From Thermodesulfovibrionales bacterium (GTDB lineage Bacteria > Nitrospirota > Thermodesulfovibrionia > Thermodesulfovibrionales > SM23-35), in contig CAVQRT010000031.1 of the NCBI GenBank assembly GCA_963715195.1, forward strand, positions 64,001 to 128,000: a stretch of DNA of 64,000 nt, given 5' to 3'. Below are positions 10,742 to 19,540 of the stretch, piece after piece; position 1 is the first letter of the stretch; every line of letters starts with the position of its first letter. A program made the position numbers and the translations under genes. The notes beneath the pieces are model-generated. The model saw only the letters and a program-made list of their open reading frames with translations, did no database searches and was not told the origin of the DNA.

Positions 10742-11271
10742 GTCTGGTAGCCAGGGTTCATTGCTGAACCCCAGCCCCATTAGAACTGTGCTTGTCAGTT
10801 TCCCGACACACAGCTCAAGCTTTTCCTAAGCCACTTTCAGCAGCCGGTTTCACAACATCCAACGTCCAGCCCAAAACCTTTCTATGGCAACCACGATGAA
10901 TCAATCTCAGGTTTGACAAATTGTCTCTCCTCCGATAGCCGTGACGTCCGTGTAATCCCATATTAAAAGAGATTAACCGGCTATTCACCTTTTTGGTTCA
11001 AGCCTCTCAGCATCTTTGGCTTGTCTATGTTCACGAAGTTTATCAGCAGTTCACATATGTTGGTCATGCCATCAAGCCCGACACCTTATCCACCGCGATG
11101 CTGGCAGATATCTCATTGCCTCACGGCTTTGATTAGATCTTTCGATCAGGTTATCCTTTTCCTGCCACGCACTTTATTCAGGGCAGTAGGCTACCTCTAA
11201 CGGAATAGAGGGTTCCCTGATAACAATACTCTGCTATCTGAAACAATTACTTATGCGACTTCTTGTCGCAC
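10742..11271 (-). mobile_element. Group II intron, internally deleted (no RT)
   Basis: 5' GTGCGACAAGAAG at 11271; domain V GAGCTGTGTGTCGGGAAACTGACAAGCACAGTTC; domain VI hairpin ending CCAGAC at 10742; HNH C-terminal remnant DNLSNLRLIHRGCHRKV. Confidence 0.9.
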
Positions 11272-11460
11272 TCAATATCACATAGTACTCGTCAGCAGGC
11301 TTATTTGTTATCAATGAAGTTTTCTAAATCAAATATGCATACAGTGTATATTTGTTCAAAGGGAAGGTTTGCTATGTAAACTGCTAGTGGATATTCTCTT
11401 ATTCAATATTTCTACTTCAAAGCCATTTCTATGAATGGCGATGGGCGTAATTCAAAATCA

Positions 11461-12255
11461 TCAGGGTTTTTTTGCCTTGACGTATGCCGAAAACACCATA
11501 TTCTCTACCCCTTCTCCGAAATTCCATCCTCTGATTATTTCATTACTCTTTTCTTTTTCCTTAATTATAGGTTTGGCAAATCCAGCTTTTTGGAGCATCC
11601 TCTTCAGTTCCTCCACGGGAACCGCACCGGTGATTCAGCCACTGTAGGCTTTCTCATTCTGCTTTATCGCTTCAGAGAATTCACCCTTTTTCAGGATATC
11701 CGAGATTGCCAGCCTCCCTCCCGGCTTTAGTACCCTGAATGCCTCCTGGAAGACCGCTTGTTTGTTTGGAGACAGATTGATTACGCAGTTCGATATAATC
11801 ACATCGACTGAATTGTCATCAACAGGAAGATGCTCAATATCTCCGTGCCTGAAATCAACATTCTTAAAGCTGAGTTTTTCTGCATTATCTTTAGCCTTTT
11901 GAACCATTTCCGGCGTCATATCCACTCCGATGACATATCCTTTCTTCCCCACTTTCATTGCGGAAAGAAACGCATCAAAGCCGGCACCACTTCCGAGGTC
12001 AAGAACGTGCTCTCCTTCTTTCAGCTCCGCTATTGCAAGAGGATTACCGCATCCAAGTCCGAGGTTTGCTTCGCCAAGCCCGATCTTCAAATCTTCTTCG
12101 GAATATCCTATAAGTTTTCCCGTTTCGAGAAGGCTCAGAGGTTTTATCTCAGGCGAGCAACATGTTGCGGGCATCGCACAGCATGAACCTTGTGAAGCGA
12201 TATTCGAATAGGTCTTTATCACAAGCTGTTTCAGTTTTGTTTTTTCTTTGTTCAT
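11461..12255 (-). CDS. arsM: Arsenite S-adenosylmethionine methyltransferase, predicted selenoprotein (TGA at 11635-11637; 264 aa with readthrough)
   Basis: [33 protein letters not shown]; frame continues [21 protein letters not shown]...[11 protein letters not shown]. Confidence 0.9.
11605..11624 (-). promoter_or_regulatory. Candidate bacterial SECIS of arsM
   Basis: CGGTTCC-CGTGGA-GGAACTG hairpin after a 10-nt spacer from the UGA; G in second loop position. Confidence 0.65.
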
Positions 12256-12266
12256 TATGATCTCAC

Positions 12267-12950
12267 TTATATGATTTCAAAAATATATGCAAGGCTGTAG
12301 TAGATTCCTACCAGAATAAAAATAGTACCAGTCACCTTTTTTGTATAAAACTCAATTCTTGCAATTCTGTAATAGAGATTGTTGATATACCCTGTGCCTG
12401 CTGCGACAAGAAAAGCAAAGAGCAGGACCGGAAGAGCTGTTCCGATCCCATAAATTAATGGGAGCCCTATCCCTGACTGTGCTTTCACTGCAATGGGAAT
12501 CAACCCTCCGAAGAACAGGGCGGCAGACACAGGACAAAATGCAAGGGCAAACAGGATTCCCAGAGGTAGTGAACCAATTGCTCCCTTATCAATCAACTTC
12601 TTTGTGACATCTTCGGATACCGATGGGATAGGTAAGGGTATTCGCAACAGGTCAAGCAGTACCATCCCGACGAGAATCAGTATGATGCCGAGGATTTTGT
12701 TGACATATCTCTGGAGGAAATCCGACAGGATCGGAACATCTACCAATGTTTTCACAATAAGGACACCAAGAACGATGTACGTGAGGCTTCTTCCAATGGT
12801 ATAGAGTATGCCGGATAAGAACACGACATTTTTCTGTGTAATTCTCTGTGATATAAATGATACAGCTGCTATATTCGTAGCCAATGGACAGGGACTGACA
12901 GATGTCAAAATCCCAAGCCAGACGGCTGAAGCCAGTAAGAACAATTCCAT
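12267..12950 (-). CDS. arsG: ArsG-family (CcdA/DsbD-like) membrane protein
   Basis: [13 protein letters not shown] and [14 protein letters not shown] motifs, multiple TM helices, ars context. Confidence 0.75.
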   Translation of the reverse strand: MELFLLASAVWLGILTSVSPCPLATNIAAVSFISQRITQKNVVFLSGILYTIGRSLTYIVLGVLIVKTLVDVPILSDFLQRYVNKILGIILILVGMVLLDLLRIPLPIPSVSEDVTKKLIDKGAIGSLPLGILFALAFCPVSAALFFGGLIPIAVKAQSGIGLPLIYGIGTALPVLLFAFLVAAGTGYINNLYYRIARIEFYTKKVTGTIFILVGIYYSLAYIFEII

Positions 12951-12953
12951 TGG

Positions 12954-13538
12954 TTATGTTTCCTTGAGAAATTTTCCTACTTCTTCTTTTACATACTGAA
13001 AGAATTTGTCTTTGTCTCTTACATGCTTCCATACGTCAGTAAGGTTCTTCCAGGTTACTTCCTTATCCTGCTTTACAAGAGAAATCACGAGGGATTTACT
13101 AAATAACTGGTAATCTTGAACATAGTGACGGTTTTCTGCTTCTTCAACATTAATAGGTTTAAATTCAAGTGTTCCGTTCTTCAGCTCGTTTGCGAAGTAC
13201 TGTTCAATGGCTTCTTTTGAATACTTCTCAATAGTCTGACATGTCGAACATCTGAATGTACCATGGAAATAATAGGCAATAACCTTTGCATTTTCAGCCT
13301 TTATTGTGGTTTCAGGCGAAGGAAGAGGCTTCTGTTGTTTCGTTGTAGTTTCTTCTGATGACTGGCTATCCGGGGCCGGTGCAGATTTCTCGGATGTGGC
13401 AATTGTATTGCTCTGTGTTGCTGTGATGTCTGTGGCATTACTTTCACTTCTCGGTGAGAATTCCTTATACATAAGAACCCCCAAACTCACAATCACGAAA
13501 ATGAAGAGCAGACTTTTAATCGTTTTTCTGATATCCAA
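12954..13538 (-). CDS. arsF: ArsF-family thioredoxin-like exported protein
   Basis: YYFHGTFRCSTC and WKNLTDVW motifs; immediately upstream of arsG. Confidence 0.7.
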   Translation of the reverse strand: MDIRKTIKSLLFIFVIVSLGVLMYKEFSPRSESNATDITATQSNTIATSEKSAPAPDSQSSEETTTKQQKPLPSPETTIKAENAKVIAYYFHGTFRCSTCQTIEKYSKEAIEQYFANELKNGTLEFKPINVEEAENRHYVQDYQLFSKSLVISLVKQDKEVTWKNLTDVWKHVRDKDKFFQYVKEEVGKFLKET

Positions 13539-13557
13539 TTACAACCTCCTTAACTAT

Positions 13558-14736
13558 TTATTCAATTATTGCTCCAAAAATTATTCCAGAAATCGTTGCC
13601 ATTATGACAACCAGACATACAAACACAATGGTCTTCTTTGTCCCTATTGCACGCCTGATAACCAGCATGTTGGGTAAGCTCAAAGCCGGACCTGCAAGAA
13701 GAAGGGCCAGCGCAGGACCTTTGCCCATTCCTGATCCAATCAGCCCCTGAAGTATCGGCACTTCTGTAAGGGTTGCAAAATACATGAATGCGCCAACAAA
13801 AGAAGAAAAGAAATTAGCGAAAAAGGAATTGCCACCGACCAGGTTGCGATATACTGTGAAGGGATGATTCCTTCATATCCGACTCTCCCGAGGAGAAATC
13901 CTGCAGCGAGAACGCCGCCTAAAAGAAGAGGCAGGATTTGTAGTGCAAGAATCCAGGATTGCTGTGTCCATTCTTTCAGTTCATCTTTCTTGAACCACTT
14001 TATAAGCATGACTGACAAAGAAAGAGCAAAAAAACCTGTAATCCACCATTTGTAATGATAGATCAGCCACCAGAGATTATGGGTCTCTTCAGGCGGTTTT
14101 CCCCAGTTTGCAAAGACGAGTATTGCGACCATCGAAAAGAAATAGGGGATTGTTTTCCCAAGAGAACGAACCTCTTTGGCATCGCTGAAATCGAAATCTT
14201 CTCCTTCCTGACGTGCTCTCTCCTCTTTCAGGAAGATAAGATGCATCAGGAGTCCGATCACAACACTGAAAACAACCGCACCGATTGCCCTTGCTAATCC
14301 CAGTTCCCATCCGAGTATTCGGGCGGTGAGAATGATAGCCAGCACATTGATTGCAGGACCGGAATAGAGGAATGCGATTGCAGGACCAAGACCTGCTCCC
14401 TCTCTGGTAGATGCCCATGAACAGGGGAAGGATTGTACATGAACATACCGCAAGGATTGAACCTGATACAGAAGCGACCGAGTATGAAAGGAATTTATTC
14501 GCCTTTGCCCCGAAATATTTCATTACCGAAGCCTGGCTGACAAATACCACGATGGCGCCTGCGATGAAGAAAGCAGGAATAAGGCAGAGCAGGACATGTT
14601 CCCGTGCATACCACTTGGTCAATGCAAGAGATTCATTGACTGCATTGGTAAACCGTGCATTCTCGATCGGCAGAAAATAGCAGATGAGAAACACTGTCAG
14701 GACAATCAGAAATTTGTATCTTTCTTTCATTTTCAT
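13558..14736 (-). CDS. arsP: DUF318/ArsP-family permease; two frameshifts (~14399, ~13840)
   Basis: EHVLLCLIPAFFIAGA, LAVCSCTILPLF, FLYSGPAIN, MYFATLTEVPI, LLAGPALSLP spread across three overlapping ORFs. Confidence 0.8.
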
Positions 14737-14751
14737 AAAGGCTTTGTACTT

Positions 14752-15811
14752 TCAATCTTGCAATACTCGGTCAGCAAAGTATTTCCTCTGAAAATAGAGT
14801 GCTACATTTACCAGTCCGATTAACACAGGAACTTCTACGAGAGGACCTATAACGGTTGCAAAGGCTACTCCGGAATTAATGCCAAACACTGCTACAGCAA
14901 CAGCAATGGCCAGCTCAAAATCATTGGAGGCAGCGGTAAAGCTCAACGTGGCGGATTTCGGATAATTCGCTCCAATTTTCTTTGCGATATAGAATGTGAC
15001 CAGGAACATAAAAACAAAATATATGAAAAGAGGGATGGCAATCCTTACCACATCAACAGGAAGCTTGATGATATATTCTCCTTTCAGGGAAAACATCACA
15101 AAGATGGTAAAAAGGAGTGCAACAAGGGTAATAGGGCTTATCTTGGGAATGAATTTATCATGATACCATTGCTTGCCTTTTGCGCTGACGAGAGTGAAAC
15201 GGGTGATTATGCCTCCGAGGAATGGTATCCCGAGGTATATGAATACACTCTTGGCAATTTCGCCAATCGTTACGTCAACAACAGCACCGCTAAGCCCGAG
15301 CATGGGAGGAAGTATCGTGACAAAGATCCACGCATAGACTGAATATGTAAGTACCTGAAACAGGGCATTAAAGGCAACCAGTCCGGCAACATAATCTGGG
15401 TCACCGCAGGCAAGATCATTCCATACGAGCACCATTGCGATACAGCGGGCAAGTCCTACAAGGATGATGCCGATCATATAGTCGGGATAACCTGATAGGA
15501 ACAATAATCGCCAGAACAAACATTACAATCGGCCCGACAATCCAGTTCTGGATGAGGCTTACTGCAAGAATCTTATAATTGCTGAAGACCTTTGGCAGTT
15601 CTTCATATCGGACCTTTGCCAGAGGCGGATACATCATCAGGATTAATCCAACAGCTATCGGGATATTGGTTGTACCAACCTGGAAAATGTTCCAGAAATC
15701 GGTAATCTTCGGATAAAAATACCCTGAAATAACCCCAACAGCCATAGCAAGGAAGATCCACAAGGTGAGAAATCGGTCAAGGAATGAAAGTTTTTTCACT
15801 ACTTCAGCCAT
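14752..15811 (-). CDS. acr3: ACR3-family arsenite efflux transporter; one frameshift (~15502)
   Basis: [46 protein letters not shown]. Confidence 0.92.
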
Positions 15812-16223
15812 GCTGTACTTCCTTGATAAAATCCAAAAGTCGCTCCTTGATTTCATTTCGGATTCTTCTAAACTCATTCAGTATTTCTTCCTCGGTGCCC
15901 TCAGCCTTTGCTGGGTCTTGAAGAGGCCAGTGAATTCTTGTGATCCCGGGAGGTGTCCATGGGCAGGCTTCAGCAGCATTGTCGCAGAGGGTGATAATAA
16001 CATCCATCTTCTTGAGCAGTTCTTCATCGACTGATTTTGACGTCTGGTTTGAAATATCTATGCCAATTTCTTTCATCACAGCGACAGCACGGGGATTTAC
16101 TCCCTGAGGACTGAGACCAGAGCTGTGTGCTTCAATCAGACCTTTCCCCAATTCCCGTGTAAAGCCCTCTGCCATCTGGGAACGGCAGGAATTCCCTGTG
16201 CATAAAAACATGATTTTCAGCAT
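15804..16223 (-). CDS. arsC: Arsenate reductase (LMW-PTP, thioredoxin-coupled)
   Basis: [17 protein letters not shown]...ACP, HWPLQDP. Confidence 0.92.
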   Translation of the reverse strand: MLKIMFLCTGNSCRSQMAEGFTRELGKGLIEAHSSGLSPQGVNPRAVAVMKEIGIDISNQTSKSVDEELLKKMDVIITLCDNAAEACPWTPPGITRIHWPLQDPAKAEGTEEEILNEFRRIRNEIKERLLDFIKEVQHG

Positions 16224-16224
16224 A

Positions 16225-16597
16225 CTACCTCCCGCAGCAACTGCTCCTGAATTTCATCGGAACGACTTTCTCTTCTTTAGATTTGAGAAATTCTTGGAGT
16301 CTTATTTTGTCTGAATGAATTAAATCTCCTGTAGCTTTTTCGATAGTCGAGAAAAGAAGAAACCTCCTGAATATTTCTGAATCATCAAGACGATAATGAA
16401 TCCACTTGCCTACCCTTCTGTCTTTAACAAGTCCCGCTTCCTTGAGTACCCTTAAGATGAAAGGATATTTTCGGCTGAATAATATCAAGCGATGCGATAA
16501 TATCGCATACACAGAGTTCACCATGTTCCAATAGTTTTATTATTCTCAGCCGTGTCTCATCGGAGAGAGCCTTATACACTTGCAAGAGATCTTTCAT
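16225..16597 (-). CDS. arsR: ArsR/SmtB repressor; one frameshift (~16453)
   Basis: Manual translation from 16597 MKDLLQVYKALSDETRLRIIKLLEHGELCVCDII...ISFH joins VLKEAGLVKDRRVGKWIHYRL; ELCVCD As-sensing motif. Confidence 0.88.
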
Positions 16598-16598
16598 C

Positions 16599-16838
16599 CT
16601 ATGACTCCTTCTTGAGTAAATCTTTTACTTTTTCAATCGTCGGAAGTGGTTTGCCGGAATATTTCAGCTTGCCGTTTATCACAATCCCGGGAGTGGACAT
16701 CGTATACTTCATAATCTCGAACATGTCTGTAACCTTTTCTACCTTTGCGTCAATTCCAAGCTCCTTAACAGCGGCTTTTACCATCTCCTCTACCTTTTGA
16801 CAATTTGGGCAACCGGGTCCCAATACCTTAATTTCCAT
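16599..16838 (-). CDS. Small redox-active disulfide protein (MTH895/ArsE-like thioredoxin)
   Basis: IKVLGPGCPNC, MSTPGIVING. Confidence 0.85.
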   Translation of the reverse strand: MEIKVLGPGCPNCQKVEEMVKAAVKELGIDAKVEKVTDMFEIMKYTMSTPGIVINGKLKYSGKPLPTIEKVKDLLKKES

Positions 16839-16985
16839 ACCTTAATCCTCCTTATTAAATAGTGCTGAAATTAACCTGATAAATTCTTATATTAGATAGA
16901 AGCATGTGTATGTGAATCGGATAAATTGCTTTAAATAAAAAGAATCATGTTCAAAATATAAATTATTATTTATATGTAAGTCAAC

Positions 16986-17294
16986 ATGAAAATTGATTGT
17001 TACCTATCAAGAGGCTGTGCAGCCGAGAGTGTTTTAAGGGAGAACATAAATCAGGCCCTTATCCAAGAAGGTCTGCATGCTGAGGTAAATTATTACAGAA
17101 TATCAGAAGGGGAAGCAGAGAAGCTCAGTCTAAAAGGTTCCCCTTCGATATTGATTGATGGAAGGGATATACAGCCGATGAATGTGCAGGGGTTTTCTTG
17201 AAGAACGTTTATGGATGAGTCTGGAAGGCTCTCGCCAGCCCCTTCTATTGCAACACTGAGGCGTGTTATCAGAGAATCAATAATAAAGACTTAA
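16986..17294 (+). CDS. Thioredoxin-fold protein, predicted selenoprotein (TGA at 17199-17201; 102 aa with readthrough)
   Basis: GSPSILIDGRD then FS-U-RTFMDESGRLSPAPSIATLRRVIRESIIKT*; hairpin GAGTC-TGGAA-GGCTC at 17217-17231. Confidence 0.75.
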
Positions 17295-17542
17295 CCCGCA
17301 TGCTTTAATCCCAAATCAACACTATTATCTCTGTACGATTCTAAAGATTTTCAGATGTACTGTTGTTTCTTATTTTTTAGCCGGTGTGCGTCTTTGATGA
17401 AGCTCCAATATTTTGAAACGATGAAAACTCTTTGTTCGTAGATGAAGCCCTCGAAAATGACATGTTTCCTTCGGAACTGTTCCCAAGGCAAAAAATAGTG
17501 TATTATTTATACGATAGAACAAAAAGTTATGGGTCGAGGTAC

Positions 17543-17569
17543 GAGGTTCAAATTCTCTCGCCCTGACCA
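17543..17569 (+). repeat. Degenerate duplicate of tRNA-Pro 3' end (att-like)
   Basis: GAGGTTCAAATTCTCTCGCCCTGACCA vs tRNA GAGGTTCAAATCCTCTCGCCCCGACCA, 2 mismatches. Confidence 0.85.
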
Positions 17570-17605
17570 GGTAAATGTATGAATTTACAACAAGAGGAGG
17601 GTACT

Positions 17606-18865
17606 ATGAAGAAATTTGGGGTTGTCATCTTGGTTGTACTGTTTTTGTTGTCGTTATCTGCCATCGCTTCGGCAACAAACGGATACTTTACTCACGGTTA
17701 CAGTATCAAAAACAAGGCATTGGCCGGTGCCGGAGTTGCGCTGCCGCTTGATGCTCTGTCAGCATCAATGAACCCGGCAGGAATGGTCTCTGTAGGCACG
17801 AGGATTGATGTTGGCCTCACATTATTTAACCCCAACCGAGAATATACGATAAAAGGAACCCCATCTCCACCTCCTGCTTTTGGTCTGATGCCGGGTACAG
17901 TCGAAAGCGATTCGGAATGGTTCGTAATCCCTGCATTTGGCTTCAATAAAATGCTGAATGAAAGGAGCTCACTGGGGGTATCGATTTACGGCAACGGCGG
18001 AATGAATACTGATTATGACACCAATACATTTTATCTTTCATCTCCGACGGGAGTCGACCTCATGCAATTATTTTTGGCCCCTACTTATGCAATAAAGCTT
18101 CATCCGAAACATGCAGTAGGTATCAGCCCGATTCTGGCATATCAGAGTTTTGAGGCACAGGGACTTCAGGCTTTTGGCAATTTTTCAACCAATCCGTCAA
18201 AACTTACTAATAATGGGCATGATAAATCATTTGGATATGGAGTGAGGATCGGATATCTCGGTGAGGTCCTAACAGATTTGTTCCTCGGTGTTTCATATCA
18301 GACCAAAATTTTTATGGACGAATTTGACGATTATAAAGGTCTCTTTGCGGAACAGGGAGATTTTGATATTCCTTCCAACTGGACTATTGGGGTTGCCTAC
18401 AAGGCAACCCCGTCCCTCACCTTTGCGGCCGATGTACAAACTATTTATTACGGTGAAGTCGATTCAATCGCAAATCCTCTTGTCGCAAGCAAATTAGTGC
18501 AGGGCAAAACACCTCTTGGAAGCGACAAAGGAGCGGGGTTTGGCTGGGATGATATGACCATCTTTAAATTTGGAGTTCAATGGCAGAGCAGTGAAGACTG
18601 GATATGGAGAGGCGGTTTTTCATACGGGGAACAGCCGATTCCTGACAGTGAGGTGCTCTTCAATATCCTCGCTCCCGGTGTTATTGAATACCATGCGACA
18701 TTGGGAGTGACAAAGAAAATGGGCAATAACCATGAACTGGATTTTACCATCATGCGGGGATTTCCGAAAGAAGTCGAAGGCACGAATCCATTAGACCCGC
18801 AGCAGACGATCAAACTGAAAATGGATCAGTGGGAATTCTCGGCAGGGTATTCCTATAAATTCTAG
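17606..18865 (+). CDS. FadL/TodX (OMPP1) outer-membrane transporter
   Basis: Signal peptide, ATNGYFTHG, NPAG, GNGGMNTDY, C-terminal YSYKF; RBS GAGGAGG. Confidence 0.85.
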   Translation: MKKFGVVILVVLFLLSLSAIASATNGYFTHGYSIKNKALAGAGVALPLDALSASMNPAGMVSVGTRIDVGLTLFNPNREYTIKGTPSPPPAFGLMPGTVESDSEWFVIPAFGFNKMLNERSSLGVSIYGNGGMNTDYDTNTFYLSSPTGVDLMQLFLAPTYAIKLHPKHAVGISPILAYQSFEAQGLQAFGNFSTNPSKLTNNGHDKSFGYGVRIGYLGEVLTDLFLGVSYQTKIFMDEFDDYKGLFAEQGDFDIPSNWTIGVAYKATPSLTFAADVQTIYYGEVDSIANPLVASKLVQGKTPLGSDKGAGFGWDDMTIFKFGVQWQSSEDWIWRGGFSYGEQPIPDSEVLFNILAPGVIEYHATLGVTKKMGNNHELDFTIMRGFPKEVEGTNPLDPQQTIKLKMDQWEFSAGYSYKF

Positions 18866-18877
18866 TTTCCTTCCGTT

Positions 18878-18919
18878 AAAAAAGGGGGGAGAGCACATTG
18901 TGCTCTCCCCCCTTTTTTT
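18878..18919. terminator. Bidirectional Rho-independent terminator
   Basis: A-run, GGGGGGAGAGCACA/TGTGCTCTCCCCCC, T-run between convergent genes. Confidence 0.9.
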
Positions 18920-18944
18920 ATTCAGAAATAACCAGACGCCTACA

Positions 18945-19406
18945 CTATGTGTAAAGGAGGACCTTGCAGTCCTTTGCGTGTTTGAGAAAATCTTCTGCTG
19001 ACTGGATTACTACTCCATCAATAAAATCCTTCTGTTTAAACCCCATCATATCAGTTGTCATCTTGCAGGCTATAAACTTCACTCCTTCAAGCAGAGCCAT
19101 CTCCTGGAGATCTCCGAGCCCCGGGATATTGGCCTTTGTCAGCTTGCTTTTCATCATCCAGGTAGCAATTGAAGACATTCCCGGAACAGCTCCCATAAAT
19201 CCGGGGGGTTGAAATTTAGCCTTGTCAACCCATCCTTGACGTATTACGTTCAGTCCCATAAAAGTGTAAAAGATTGTTGCATCCATACCCAAACGCACAG
19301 CATTGATCCCAAGAACAAGCCCTGGGTAGGCACCATCAAGGGTATCCTTTGATGTAATAAACGCTGCTGCTTCTTTGATCTTTTTCCCTTCTTCACCTGG
19401 TTTCAT
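18945..19406 (-). CDS. DsrE/DsrF/DrsH-like (DsrE2-type) sulfur-relay protein
   Basis: TLDGAYP, IFYTFMGL, GVKFIACKMTTDMMG. Confidence 0.8.
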   Translation of the reverse strand: MKPGEEGKKIKEAAAFITSKDTLDGAYPGLVLGINAVRLGMDATIFYTFMGLNVIRQGWVDKAKFQPPGFMGAVPGMSSIATWMMKSKLTKANIPGLGDLQEMALLEGVKFIACKMTTDMMGFKQKDFIDGVVIQSAEDFLKHAKDCKVLLYT

Positions 19407-19540
19407 ATACTCCTCTCTTTCATTTTCTATCGGGCCTGTTTTCATTCATTCTTGAACCATCTTTGATTGAAAGCAGACCTGAATATATTTAATCCTAATA
19501 ATGATACAGCACGCGAGAAAAGTCAAATGTTCTAATGAAT

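Noticed and set aside
11431..11730. Plus-strand ORFs 11431-11730 and 11435-11647
   Set aside because: Antisense shadows of the ArsM C-terminal readthrough region
11635..17201. Genome-wide TGA reassignment (code 4/25) to explain the in-frame TGAs
   Set aside because: mfd, rnc, rpsJ and arsM itself end at TGA at their expected C-termini
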